Part shown: positions 7,328 to 17,223 of the stretch, piece by piece
Layout: every line of letters begins with the position of its first letter
Position numbering within the stretch: the first letter of the stretch is position 1
DNA from: an uncultured Dehalococcoidia bacterium
GTDB lineage: Bacteria; Chloroflexota; Dehalococcoidia; Lucifugimonadales; UBA3495
Direction: 5' to 3'
Assembly (NCBI GenBank): GCA_950072105.1
Contig: CATMOE010000051.1
Coordinates: 1-26,141 of the forward strand
DNA length: 26,141 bases
Made by a program: the position numbers and the translations under genes
The notes under the pieces: generated by a model
What the model was told of the DNA's origin: nothing
Database searches by the model: none
What the model saw: the letters and a program-made list of their open reading frames with translations, nothing else

Positions 7328-8512
7328 TTACCAGGCTTGTCGCAATACGTTCATGATTGGACCTGCATCGTAAACAGGCACGGGATTGGTGGCCAGGCCC
7401 CGGTCGTGCAACGTCGCGGCGGCGATCAACTCCAGCCCTTCCTCTGGAACGCCAACGTCCCGCAAGGTGGCCGGTAATCCCAGGCTGCGGCACAGGTTGT
7501 CCACGGCATCGGCCGCCGCAAAGCCCGCGTCTTCGTCGCTCATGTTGGAAGTGTTGATGCCCATGGCCTGGGCGATCAAGGCTTGCCGGTCCGCGCTGGC
7601 CTCCAGGTTGAAGCGCATCGCGTGGGGCAACAGGATTCCGTTGGCCTCACCGTGGGCGACGTCATACAGGCCGCCGACGTGGTGAGCGATCGCGGTGGTT
7701 AGCCCCAAACCCGGCCGGACCAACATCACCATGACGGCGGCGGTCTTTGTTTGCAGCAGGCAGTTGATGTCCCCTTCAGGACATTGGGGGAGATATTCCA
7801 CCAGCATTTTAATCGTGTGCAGGGCCAGGGCGTCCGCGACGGGTTGGTGCCCCGTGGAGTACAGAGACTCCACGGCGATGCGAAATTGGCCGATGGCGGT
7901 GGAGAGCAGGATGTCCATGGGAGTGGTGGCCAAGGCACGCCCGTCGATGATGATAGCTTTTGGGGTGACGCCTTTTCCCGGAGTGGATATCTTGCGTCCC
8001 AACTCTTTGCTGGTAAACCCGCCGCCGCCGCTGCTGATCTCCGCCCCGCCCATTGTGGTGGGGACGGCGATGATGGGGATCTTTTGATGGGGCGTGTCGG
8101 GAACGAAGATGCGGTCGGGCGGCTCAAAGCGGATCTGATAGTCTAGGATGCTCCCACCCTCGGCTAGCAGAATGGCGATGCCTTTGCACGTGTCGCTGGT
8201 GCTGCCGCCGCCGGCGCTGATGATGACATCCGGCGCTAGATCGGTGGCCATCGCCACTGCCTCATCCAGGACTTCCACGGGAGAATGGGGCATCACTCCG
8301 GAGAACAGACCGGCGCAACGCTCTCCCAAGGCTTCTTGAACCCTTTGTACCACATCGGATTTCGCATAGATCGTAGGCCCGCAAACCACCATGGCCCGGG
8401 CGGCGCCCAACCGGTCCACCACTTTGCCGATGCTGGAGATAGAGTCGGGGCCACATATCATTTCTTGGTCTGTGCCGGTAAAGGAAAATTGTAGCGGCGC
8501 GGTTGAAGGCAT
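7328..8512 (-). CDS. Iron-containing alcohol dehydrogenase-fold protein (maleylacetate reductase-like) with degenerate metal site
   Basis: GGGSTSDTCK nucleotide-binding motif, AVPTT, HGEAN, LGLPATLRDVGV. Start ATG 8512 behind AGGGG (alternative GTG 8521). Confidence 0.9.
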   Translation of the reverse strand: MPSTAPLQFSFTGTDQEMICGPDSISSIGKVVDRLGAARAMVVCGPTIYAKSDVVQRVQEALGERCAGLFSGVMPHSPVEVLDEAVAMATDLAPDVIISAGGGSTSDTCKGIAILLAEGGSILDYQIRFEPPDRIFVPDTPHQKIPIIAVPTTMGGAEISSGGGGFTSKELGRKISTPGKGVTPKAIIIDGRALATTPMDILLSTAIGQFRIAVESLYSTGHQPVADALALHTIKMLVEYLPQCPEGDINCLLQTKTAAVMVMLVRPGLGLTTAIAHHVGGLYDVAHGEANGILLPHAMRFNLEASADRQALIAQAMGINTSNMSDEDAGFAAADAVDNLCRSLGLPATLRDVGVPEEGLELIAAATLHDRGLATNPVPVYDAGPIMNVLRQAW

Positions 8513-8951
8513 GGATTTCACCCCTGGTTTTGAAATATCACTGAACGTGGGCAGAGCCTATTCTATCCAATTCCAACCTGCCGTACATCAGGCTGAGATG
8601 AGTCGCAGGCAATCGGTGTCAGTTTAAGGTGTCTCAGACGAGTACGGCGTCAAGTTAATCATGGCGGAGTGATTGGTTCGACTGGCCAGTCATTGCTTCG
8701 AGAATAGAATCGCCAACCTCCTGCCGCACACTTCGTCATTCCGACACCAGCCCTTCCGCTGAAGGCCGGCGAGGCTCCGACTTCGTCGCGAGTCCCTGGC
8801 AGAGTTGGGAATTCTTAGGTGACCGCTACAACCAGTCATGAGACTCCCCTCCTTCCGCAGAAGGATCGGAATGGCGCTTCTCACTTTGATCTCGTCCGCG
8901 TGGTGAATTCAGTGCGGTACTCGGCCAAGCCTAAGGCCGTTAGTCATATTT

Positions 8952-9564
8952 TTACCTGGCCGCAAGCGCAATATCCATCTCGCAGGCGAAGGGAACGAAA
9001 TCGAGGGGGCCGAGCCGGAAAATCCACTTAGTGAACTCATCCATGTGCTTTCCCAGCAACTCTCGCATTTGCGGGTTTATCAGATTCCCGTCTGAGTCGA
9101 ATGTATCAGGCGCAAATGCCGAGACCATTACACCCGGCTTGACCATGACGATGGTGCCGGTTTCCCCCAGAGTCTCTAACAGCTGCATCTGGGCCCGGGA
9201 GGTGCCCGCCCTGCCGCCGGCGCCGATGATTGTCCCCGGTTTTCCCATCAGCGAGCCTTCTTCCCGGTCCCGTGAAGCCAGTCGATGGCGTTCTTCATGA
9301 CTCCGGAGGTGCCCCAATTGTATTCGGGAGTCGCAAACATCTGGGGTTTGACTTGAGGGTTCTTACTGGTTCTGGGTCGCTCTGAGCTTCCAGGTCCCCG
9401 TCATAAAATGGCAGGCCGCGAATGTCGAAGATCTCTACGTCCATCCAGTCGGGGGCGACTTCCTGTGCGGCCCGCAACAGCCCAGTGTTGAATGACGTTT
9501 TCCGAAGGCCGCCAGATATAGCCAGAACTCGTTGCCGGTTGTCTGAACTTTGTTCAAGAGCCAT
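8952..9564 (-). pseudogene. NAD(P)H-dependent FMN reductase (SsuE/ChrR family), frameshifted
   Basis: Three reading frames give consecutive family segments: AISGGLRKTSFN..LPFYDGD (frame 1), FATPEYNWGTSGVMKNAIDW (frame 2, about 9340-9278) and ASRDREEGSLMGKP..GTSRAQMQL (frame 3). Confidence 0.9.
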
Positions 9565-9686
9565 AGTCGTCCTCCTTTCCTGTTTTTACTTGGGTGGATG
9601 TCGGTACGCGACAAACAGCCGGATCTATGAGATGACCGAGGATTATCCAAGCCGGGGAAAGCAAGGATTGGAGAGAGCCGATTAGT

Positions 9687-10604
9687 TTATTCCCAGGCGC
9701 GGTTGTCGACGGTGTCCTCGAAAGTTGCCCCGGAGATCACCAGATCGGGGTATCCCAGCATCCACTGGTAGGTGTTGTCGAACCGCTCCCGGGTATAAGG
9801 CGCCGGAGGACCGTAAAGAAGACGCCAGGCCTGCAATTCGTGGGCTTCCAGCAGGCCTTGGGACTCAGCCAACAGGTAATGGACGTATTTCCCCGGATCG
9901 GTGTTAATCAAAGTTGCCGCTTTCGACTGAGCCCGGAACATCGCTGCCAACGTGGGTCCGTCTAGCTCGTCGCCGGATGCCTCGCTGCGGGTTGTGTGAC
10001 TCTCTATAATGACGCGGAACCCCTGCTTCTGCGCCACGCTGATCCAGGGCTCAAAGAAGTTGCCGGCCGCAACCTTTCCTTCCCTGATGGCCTCCAGGCG
10101 CTCCTCCATGGTGCCGGCGTTGGTAGTCTGTATGTGGTCTTTGGGTACGAATCCCTCAAGCATCTTGAGGGTGGTGAAGTGGGACCCATTGAAGGGACTT
10201 ACAGCTACCGGAGCGTCTTTCAGCTGCTCAGGTTCGTAGATGTCGCTGCCGGGCGCTACGACGATTGCCATCTTGGACATGGCGGCGCCGAGGGCGACGA
10301 TCTTCGCGGGGCGCTGTCCTGCATCCGCCGCCTCCACGGTACGCTTCATGACACCCCACTCGCACATGCGGTACTGGTCCACGGCGCCGGTGTTGTAGAG
10401 AGCTTCCATGGTGCGGTCGAATATCTGGGTCTGAAGCGCTTGATGGTCCGCGTTTACCTGAGCCGTGCCCGGAGTGCTCACGATCTCCACATCAAGGCCT
10501 TCGTCGCGGAAAAAGCCCTCATCCCTGGCCACCAGCAACGCCAGGTCGTGCACAACGTTCATCATGGAAACCCTGACTTCCTTGAGTTCGACCGGTGTTG
10601 TCAT
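9687..10604 (-). CDS. SsuA/THI5-like (PBP2-fold) protein without signal peptide
   Basis: VARDEGFFRDEGLDVEIV and LEAIREGKVAAGNFFEPW are typical of NitT/TauT substrate-binding proteins. No hydrophobic leader or lipobox and no adjacent permease/ATPase. Confidence 0.8.
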   Translation of the reverse strand: MTTPVELKEVRVSMMNVVHDLALLVARDEGFFRDEGLDVEIVSTPGTAQVNADHQALQTQIFDRTMEALYNTGAVDQYRMCEWGVMKRTVEAADAGQRPAKIVALGAAMSKMAIVVAPGSDIYEPEQLKDAPVAVSPFNGSHFTTLKMLEGFVPKDHIQTTNAGTMEERLEAIREGKVAAGNFFEPWISVAQKQGFRVIIESHTTRSEASGDELDGPTLAAMFRAQSKAATLINTDPGKYVHYLLAESQGLLEAHELQAWRLLYGPPAPYTRERFDNTYQWMLGYPDLVISGATFEDTVDNRAWE

Positions 10605-10685
10605 AGCTCGCCTTTGTTGTGAGAGTTGGTATGCCTCTGTCTAGCCGGTGCGGGCTGGTCGTTTCAACACAAGCCGCACCTGGAT

Positions 10686-11498
10686 CTATAGACAGCGCTG
10701 CGTCTCTTCCCTTACGTAGTCCCGCAGTTCTTGGGGCAATTGTCCCAGGGTTCCGGGCAGAGCGTTTTCCTGGATACGCTCGGGCCGGGACGTTGCGGGG
10801 ATCGCAATGCTGACCCGGGAATCTCCTAAGACCCAGGATAGGAGCGCCTGTGCCCATGTCTTCACGCCGAAGTCGGCCAACGGGGATAGGTCCGGCTGAC
10901 TCTTGAGGTCGTTCACATACCGGCCCTTCTTCAATGGCTCCATGACCAGGACCCCGATGCCCAGCTCCTCGGCCAACGGCAGCAACTCAGCCTCGCAGCC
11001 CCGTTCAACCACGTTGTACGGTATCTGTATCGTATCAACCTGGCGCGACTTCATCAGTTCGATGATTTTAGGGTAGGCCTCGTGCACCATGGCCGAAACA
11101 CCCACCATGCCAATCTTGCCCTCTTCTTTTAGGCGGGTCAGGGTGGGGATGTGGGTGCGGTAATCGACCATGTTGTGCACTTGGAAAAGGTCGATGTAAT
11201 CGGTCTTAAACAGATGGAAGGAATTGGCGATCTGCTCTTCCCCGGCTTCCTTGCCCTCGGTTCGCACCTTAGTTGCCAGGTAAAACTTGTCCCGTTTACC
11301 CTCGGTGGTGATGCCGACGACTTTTTCCGCCTGGCCGTACCAGGCCGCCGAGTCGATGAAATTGATATCGTTGGTCAGGCAGTTATCGACGATCTGCTGG
11401 CGAACGGCTATCTCCGGACCGGATTCAACATCGAATGTCCTGAGGGTTCCCAGGCCGATGGCCGAAACATCAAGGTTTCCCAGTTTACGATTTTCCAA
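10686..11498 (-). CDS. Aldo/keto reductase
   Basis: IGLGT, FIDSAAWYG (Asp/Tyr), ATKV (Lys), IDLFQVHN (His), IQIPYN, AIPATS; TTG start behind GAGGTG. Confidence 0.93.
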   Translation of the reverse strand: MENRKLGNLDVSAIGLGTLRTFDVESGPEIAVRQQIVDNCLTNDINFIDSAAWYGQAEKVVGITTEGKRDKFYLATKVRTEGKEAGEEQIANSFHLFKTDYIDLFQVHNMVDYRTHIPTLTRLKEEGKIGMVGVSAMVHEAYPKIIELMKSRQVDTIQIPYNVVERGCEAELLPLAEELGIGVLVMEPLKKGRYVNDLKSQPDLSPLADFGVKTWAQALLSWVLGDSRVSIAIPATSRPERIQENALPGTLGQLPQELRDYVREETQRCL

Positions 11499-11626
11499 TT
11501 CCCAATCACCTCTGGATTAAAGCTAAACTTATTATAACCGCCGCGTTGCCCGTGGGGTACGGCGGCTGTTATGCTGGCGTCGAAAGGTAATAATCTTGGC
11601 CCTAGTGCCTGGTATAAAGGTGTGAT

Positions 11627-11842
11627 ATGTGCCGAAGCATCAAGGTCTTGCGGTCCGCAGACAGCCAACCCGACGAAAGCGAGGTGAGGGCGGCCGCTCT
11701 GCAATTCGTCCGTAAAATAAGCGGCTACCGGCATCCTGCCCAGGTTAACACGGCCGTTTTTGAGGACGCCGTGGAAGAAATAATCGCGGTTTCGCGTACG
11801 CTGCTGGCTTCACTGCGGCAACGGCAGCCGGCGGTTTCTTAA
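11627..11842 (+). CDS. DUF2277 family protein
   Basis: MCRSIKVLR...EVRAAALQFVRKISGYRHP is the characteristic family pattern. Confidence 0.85.
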   Translation: MCRSIKVLRSADSQPDESEVRAAALQFVRKISGYRHPAQVNTAVFEDAVEEIIAVSRTLLASLRQRQPAVS

Positions 11843-11933
11843 GGGAAAACGTGGCTAGGGCGAAGCACTTTCTGGTCAAACCGGGTCGCCTCACGGCCAC
11901 GAACATACCTGTCCGATCTGTTGCGGAAGATTA

Positions 11934-13121
11934 ATGATTGAAAGCCGTTGGATAGTCCTCGGCGTGCTGTTCCTGGTGAGGATATCCATTGGATTCCAGT
12001 TTCAGTCGGTCGCATCCGTTTCACCCTTCCTAGTCGATCAGCTGTCGATCAGCTACGCCGAGGTCGGCACGCTGATCGGCCTTTTCATGCTCCCCGGGGT
12101 CGTCATAGCGCTACCCAGCGGCCTGTTGGGGACACGTTTCGGTGACAAACGAGTATGCGTCGTAGGGTTGGTCCTGATGGTGTTTGGTGGGGTCTTGATG
12201 GGATTTGGCCAGACCTATACAACGGTGTTTGCCGGCCGCTTGCTCAGTGGCATCGGCGCGGTTTTGTTCAACGTGATTTTGACCAAAATGGTCACCGATT
12301 GGTTCGCCGGAAAAGAAATCGTGACGGCGATGGGCGTTCTCCTAAGTAGTTGGCCCTTCGGAATCGCCCTTGGGCTGGTGGTTCAAAGCGCCGTAGCCAG
12401 CGCCTATTCCTGGCCGCCGGTCATGTATCTCAGCAGCGGAGTGTGTGCTGCCGCTTTTGCTTTGCTGATCGCTTTTTACCGCCCACCAACATCAACCGCC
12501 AACGTTCAAGAACCCAACCGGGTGATATACAAGCTACCGTGGCGGGAATTCGCGCCGGTTTCGATGGCTGGAATCGCTTGGGGGTCTTTCAACGCGGGCT
12601 TGGTTTTATTTTTCAGTTTTACGCCGGCTTTGCTGACGGGCCGCGGCATGTCCGCGACGGATGCCGGGGCTCTGGTAAGTGTCGGGCTTTGGGTCAGCCT
12701 TATCTCGCTCCCCCTGGGCGGATACCTCACCCAGCGTGTTGGCTGGCCCAAGGCAACCATCGCGATCTTTTGTTTGCTGACCGCAGCAGCGATGTTTTTG
12801 CTGCCATTTGTGCCCATTCCCCTGGAATTGAGTATCCTCGTCGGGTTGGCAATCGGACCGTCGGCCGGCGCGATAGTGGCGCTTCCCGCCAACGCTTTAA
12901 GCGCGGAGAACCGCGGCGCTGGGTTTGGTGTCTTTTACATCTGGTACTACGCCGCGATGGCGATAGCACCGGTTCTCGCCGGTCTGGGCCGCGACATGAC
13001 AGGCAGCGCGGCAACCCCAGTTGTTATCGGCGGGATGATGTTTGTTGGCACGGTCTTCGCGTTGGCGGTGTACAGCGTGTTCAATACCGATAGAGCAACC
13101 AGTCCGGCTTCTACGGTTTAG
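11934..13121 (+). CDS. MFS transporter
   Basis: About 12 hydrophobic segments; motif A-like GLLGTRFGDKR and GRLLSGIG; 395 aa. Confidence 0.92.
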   Translation: MIESRWIVLGVLFLVRISIGFQFQSVASVSPFLVDQLSISYAEVGTLIGLFMLPGVVIALPSGLLGTRFGDKRVCVVGLVLMVFGGVLMGFGQTYTTVFAGRLLSGIGAVLFNVILTKMVTDWFAGKEIVTAMGVLLSSWPFGIALGLVVQSAVASAYSWPPVMYLSSGVCAAAFALLIAFYRPPTSTANVQEPNRVIYKLPWREFAPVSMAGIAWGSFNAGLVLFFSFTPALLTGRGMSATDAGALVSVGLWVSLISLPLGGYLTQRVGWPKATIAIFCLLTAAAMFLLPFVPIPLELSILVGLAIGPSAGAIVALPANALSAENRGAGFGVFYIWYYAAMAIAPVLAGLGRDMTGSAATPVVIGGMMFVGTVFALAVYSVFNTDRATSPASTV

Positions 13122-14577
13122 CGAATCGATAGATGCCATCGTCCCGGGAGAGGATGTAGACGTTACCGGCTTGGTCCTCGCCAAAGGATGTGATCTGGGC
13201 ATCCACTTTCGCCAGGACAATGTGCTCGATCACCGTCTGGCCGTCGTGGCGCAGGCCCCAGACCGTGCCCCGGCAGAAATCGCCGTACAGGTACGTCCCG
13301 AAGAGAGACGTCAGGCGGGTTCCCCGGTACACGTACCCTCCGATCACCGAACAACCCTGGCTGCTGTTGTACTCGATGATCGGCAGATCCAATCCGGTCT
13401 CGGTGCAACCGTTTCTGGGCCGGAAGCAATGGGCTCCTTCCATCACGTTCCAACCATAATTGCGCCCCTTTTTGACCAGATTTATCTCCTCCCACAGATT
13501 TTGCCCCACGTCACCAAGCCATAGGTCGCCGGTCTCCCGGTCGAAGGAAAACCGCCAGGGATTTCGGAAGCCGTAGGCCCAGATCTCGGGTTTGGCCCCG
13601 GCTATGGATGAGAGGGGGTTGTCTCCGGGGATACGGTACCTAAACCGTCCGGCCAGATCCGAGACGTCGATGCGGATCAGGGAACCCAGCAACGTCGCCG
13701 TATTTTGGCCGTTTAGCATGGGGTCGCCGCCGCGCCCTCCATCGCCCAAGCCGATGTATAAATAGCCGTCGGGTCCGAAAGCGATCTGGCCTCCGTTGTG
13801 GTTGCTGAAGGGTTGGGCGATCTCCATGACGATCGACTCGCTGCCCGGATCCGCTTTTCCCGGGTCATTAGGATTAACCGAAAACCGGGACACCACCGAG
13901 CGCCGGGGCTTTTTCGCGGAATAATAGACGTAGAATAGACCGTTGTTCTCGTAGGCCGGATCGAAGGCCAAACCTAAAAGCCCCTCTTCATTCCCACCTT
14001 CGTTAACCTGGTCGGTGATGTCTAGGAAGATTGAGGACTTGGCCACGTCCTGGCGGTTCGGAAAGGCTTTGATGAACCCTTTTTGTTCGGTGACGTACAG
14101 AACGCCCCGGCCGTCGTTGGGTTGGGCCAGGCTGGTGAGGCGGCGGAAGTTCAAATTAGGGAAGGACCTGGCGACCGGCATGGGTTTTAACTGGGTGGTG
14201 GATGTGGGTGGCGGGCCGGTATCAGTTGCGAGAGGGATGGCAGTTACCTCGGGAATAGCAGTCCTTTGCGAAGGTGATGGCGGGGCGGTGGTGGCGAGAG
14301 GAGCTATCAACGAACGATCGGCCGGTTCAGGTGAGGCCGGACTTTGCTTGGGGACCGCCGAGGGTTTGACCGGTTCCGGTGAGGGAAGACTCTGAGTGGC
14401 CGCCGTTGTTGTTGGAAATGGAGTTGGCACGGGAGACGCTGTGGGTGAGGCGGCTTTGCCGGCCGGTGAATCCGGAGTTGGTCCTGAAATCCTAGGGGTG
14501 GCTGGACCACCGCAGGCGGCCAAGGCCAGGGCCAAGCCCAAAATCGCCGCGACCGCCAGCGGCATCCGGTTCACCAA
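13111..14577 (-). CDS. PQQ-dependent sugar (glucose/sorbosone) dehydrogenase-family lipoprotein
   Basis: Lipobox LAAC, long Pro/Thr linker, EEGLLGLAFDP, NHNGGQIAFGPDGYLYIGLGDGG, AYGFRNPWRFSFD. Confidence 0.93.
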   Translation of the reverse strand: MVNRMPLAVAAILGLALALAACGGPATPRISGPTPDSPAGKAASPTASPVPTPFPTTTAATQSLPSPEPVKPSAVPKQSPASPEPADRSLIAPLATTAPPSPSQRTAIPEVTAIPLATDTGPPPTSTTQLKPMPVARSFPNLNFRRLTSLAQPNDGRGVLYVTEQKGFIKAFPNRQDVAKSSIFLDITDQVNEGGNEEGLLGLAFDPAYENNGLFYVYYSAKKPRRSVVSRFSVNPNDPGKADPGSESIVMEIAQPFSNHNGGQIAFGPDGYLYIGLGDGGRGGDPMLNGQNTATLLGSLIRIDVSDLAGRFRYRIPGDNPLSSIAGAKPEIWAYGFRNPWRFSFDRETGDLWLGDVGQNLWEEINLVKKGRNYGWNVMEGAHCFRPRNGCTETGLDLPIIEYNSSQGCSVIGGYVYRGTRLTSLFGTYLYGDFCRGTVWGLRHDGQTVIEHIVLAKVDAQITSFGEDQAGNVYILSRDDGIYRFAKP

Positions 14578-14604
14578 CGCCTTACCTTATGTCGAGTCAA
14601 ACCG

Positions 14605-15639
14605 TCATCCCGCGGCCAAGGCGGGGAAGATGATCTCCTTGAAGGCGGCCAATTCTCGATGGGGATAATCGTAGGTCGCAGAGGTCATCAAGTACAGGTG
14701 GTCGATGCCGTTGGCTTCGGCTTCGCGCAGACGCTGAGCACAATATTCCGGAGTGCCGACGAGACCTATCACGTCGCACATCTGAGCCAAAAGGTCGTCG
14801 GGCAGGAAAGCGCAAAGCTCTTTGGCCCTTTCCCAGTCCTCGGCATGGATCACGTCGGGGTAGAGTTCGTTGAGTTCAGCGGGGATCTCCAAGTCCCCCG
14901 GGTCGATGCCGGCGGCCTGGAGGTACCGGGTATGGGAACCTTCCATGAGTCTCTGGACGCACATGGGGCGGACTAGCTCGCGGGCCTCGTGCTGGTCTTC
15001 GTGAATAACGGTGGTCGCGCACAGGATGATTTTCAGGTCCTTGGGGTCTCGCTCGGCCCGTCTGGCCCCCTCGTCTAGGTGCTGGCGGGCCACCTCCACC
15101 GATTTGGGATGGATCCCTACTTGAAGCAATACGCCGTCGGCCACCTCCCCGGCAACTTCGGTGATCCGTGGACCGGTGGCGGCGATGTAAATGGGCGGCA
15201 TATCGGCGTTGCCGTGGCGCATGCGGCTGACCGCGCCGTTGTAGGACACCTCTTCACCGGCCAGAATGCTCTTCAAGTCCAAGACCGACCGGCGCATCTC
15301 CCGTACCGTGGCCGGGGGCACGCCGATGGTTTGCACCGAGCTGAATCCCCGTCCGATCCAGAACTCGATTCGGCCCGGCGCCAATTCGGCCACCGTCTTT
15401 GCCGCCGAAGCGGTTACCGAGATGTGCCGGGTCACCGGGTTCAATACGGCCGCTGAAATCCGGATTTTCTCGGTGGCTTGAGCCGCCAACGCCATGCTGA
15501 CGAATATGTCCCGCTCCAATAATTGGGAATCCAGCATTCCGACGCCGTCGAATCCGGCATCTTCGCACTGGCGAACGAAGTCAGCCACTTCGTTTGCCGG
15601 GCCGCAGGGCGGAACCCGGAGGTCAATCTTGATTGCCAC
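14605..15639 (-). CDS. LLM-class flavin-dependent oxidoreductase (Mer-like, possibly F420-dependent)
   Basis: EDAGFDGVGMLDSQ, AVLNPVTRH, PIYIAATGPR..EVAGEVADG, VGTPE; GTG start behind GGGAG. Confidence 0.92.
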   Translation of the reverse strand: MAIKIDLRVPPCGPANEVADFVRQCEDAGFDGVGMLDSQLLERDIFVSMALAAQATEKIRISAAVLNPVTRHISVTASAAKTVAELAPGRIEFWIGRGFSSVQTIGVPPATVREMRRSVLDLKSILAGEEVSYNGAVSRMRHGNADMPPIYIAATGPRITEVAGEVADGVLLQVGIHPKSVEVARQHLDEGARRAERDPKDLKIILCATTVIHEDQHEARELVRPMCVQRLMEGSHTRYLQAAGIDPGDLEIPAELNELYPDVIHAEDWERAKELCAFLPDDLLAQMCDVIGLVGTPEYCAQRLREAEANGIDHLYLMTSATYDYPHRELAAFKEIIFPALAAG

Positions 15640-15735
15640 TTATGTCACTCCCGTGTGCCGATATTGGCGATTATTATAACTAACCGTGCTGGCCTCGTGT
15701 AGCAGTTGATCAGGTCAGGGACGAGCGCCGCTCGA

Positions 15736-17046
15736 TCAATATGTCCCCTTGCCCCCGGTTATCCTAGCGCTCCACATGAAAAGGACTGCCACTCCCATCA
15801 TGACCACGGCTAAGGAGAACGCTAGGACGTAGTCGCCTTGCCGATCGTACAGCAGACCCCCCAATATAGGGCCGGCCATGACCCCCACGCCCCGCCCGCT
15901 CTGCACCACTCCCATCACCGATCCCAGGGTTGAAGAGGGAAACAGGTCAGCCGCTTTGGCCCCCACTGCTATCCCGGCGATTCCGTCGCTGAGGCCGGTT
16001 AACCCGACGAAGAGGACGATGGGCCAAAAGCTTTCACCGTCTCCCAGCATCAGTACCACCAGGATGCCCGCCACCTGCATCCCCAGCCCAACGGTGTATA
16101 TCAATTCCCGACCTACGTAGTCGGACAAGGCGCCGGTAAGGGGGCGGCCCACCAGGCTTATGAGCCCTACCACTCCGATGGTAGAGGCGGCTTCCAGATG
16201 TGAATAACCCGAAGCTACGAAAAAGGCCACCAGGTGCAAGATGGTCATTTGATGGCCTACAGCAGCTGAAGTTCGGGCTAAGACCAGGCACCAAAGCGGC
16301 GCGCCTCTGAGAATCGCCCGGAATTGCTCTCGTCCTGTGGCGTGCTCTGAAACGCCGGGACTCCCGCCGGTGGTGTCTTCGGCTTGGACCGCGTCTCCCG
16401 GTATCCCATCGGCTCCGTTTTCTTGCTCTTCTATCGGTGTGGACCTGGACGGTGGACGCCTCTGAAATAGCAGATTGGCCGGGGCGACCAACAGGAAGAA
16501 TATGGGGCCTAGAACCCGGAGAGCGACACGCCAACCGAAGGCCAAGATCAGCAATTGCGACAGGGGAGCGAAGATGCCCTGTCCTAGTGGGTTGCCGGCA
16601 TCAGCCAACCCAAGGACTCTTCCCCGTGACTTGGGGAACCAGGGAGCTAGAACGGCCGTGGCGGTAAAAGATGACACGATGGTCTCGCCCACCGTCGCCA
16701 GTACTCCATAAAAGAAAAAAAGCTGCCAAAAATCCGATACCAAGCTGCTGGATATGTAGGCCAGGAAGATCACTGCCCCTCCCACCGGGAAGAGGTATCT
16801 GGGACCTAACCGGTCCAGTAGGTTGCCTAATAAAGGCGCGACGATAGCCCCGGTTAGGCCACCCACGGAGAATATCGCGGCGGTTGTCGCGGCTCCCCGT
16901 CCGAAACTGTCGCGAAGGGCCAAGAAAAGCACCGGGGCGCTGTTCTTCATTCCTCCTTCAACGGTCAGGTTAGCGAAGGCCAACGAGAAAATGGCCCAAC
17001 CGTAATGGGCATGGCCTCTTAATTTTCGGACAGGTGTTTGCAGCAA
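15736..17046 (-). CDS. MFS transporter (YbfB/OFA-like)
   Basis: HYGW start, GNLLDRLGPR, WFPKSRG, GALSDYVGRE; about 12 TM segments with a long central loop. Confidence 0.92.
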   Translation of the reverse strand: MLQTPVRKLRGHAHYGWAIFSLAFANLTVEGGMKNSAPVLFLALRDSFGRGAATTAAIFSVGGLTGAIVAPLLGNLLDRLGPRYLFPVGGAVIFLAYISSSLVSDFWQLFFFYGVLATVGETIVSSFTATAVLAPWFPKSRGRVLGLADAGNPLGQGIFAPLSQLLILAFGWRVALRVLGPIFFLLVAPANLLFQRRPPSRSTPIEEQENGADGIPGDAVQAEDTTGGSPGVSEHATGREQFRAILRGAPLWCLVLARTSAAVGHQMTILHLVAFFVASGYSHLEAASTIGVVGLISLVGRPLTGALSDYVGRELIYTVGLGMQVAGILVVLMLGDGESFWPIVLFVGLTGLSDGIAGIAVGAKAADLFPSSTLGSVMGVVQSGRGVGVMAGPILGGLLYDRQGDYVLAFSLAVVMMGVAVLFMWSARITGGKGTY

Positions 17047-17157
17047 CTTCTGGCTCCTCTCCTGCGGCTCACTTCAAAGCCAGGCAGCCAGAATAGTATT
17101 AACGAGGGTTGAGGCTGTCTGCCGGGAGCCCAGGGATTATACATCTTGGAATTGGGG

Positions 17158-17223
17158 AAATCCCCCAACCCCCTTTACGAAAGGGGGCTTTGCCAATGTC
17201 AGCTTGAGCGCAGCGAAGGGTCT
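17158..17223. repeat. Two adjacent REP-like palindromic elements
   Basis: AAATCCCCCAA-CCCCCTTT-ACG-AAAGGGGG hairpin (arms 17169-17176 and 17180-17187), followed by TGTCAGCTTGAGCGCAGCGAAGGGTCT (17197-17223), a degenerate GTCATCCTGAGCGCAGCGAAGGATCT-type unit. Confidence 0.6.

Noticed and set aside
8690..8884. Short minus-strand ORF with a strong RBS-like GGAAGGAGGGG
   Set aside because: No frame gives a recognisable or compositionally typical protein; cannot be supported.
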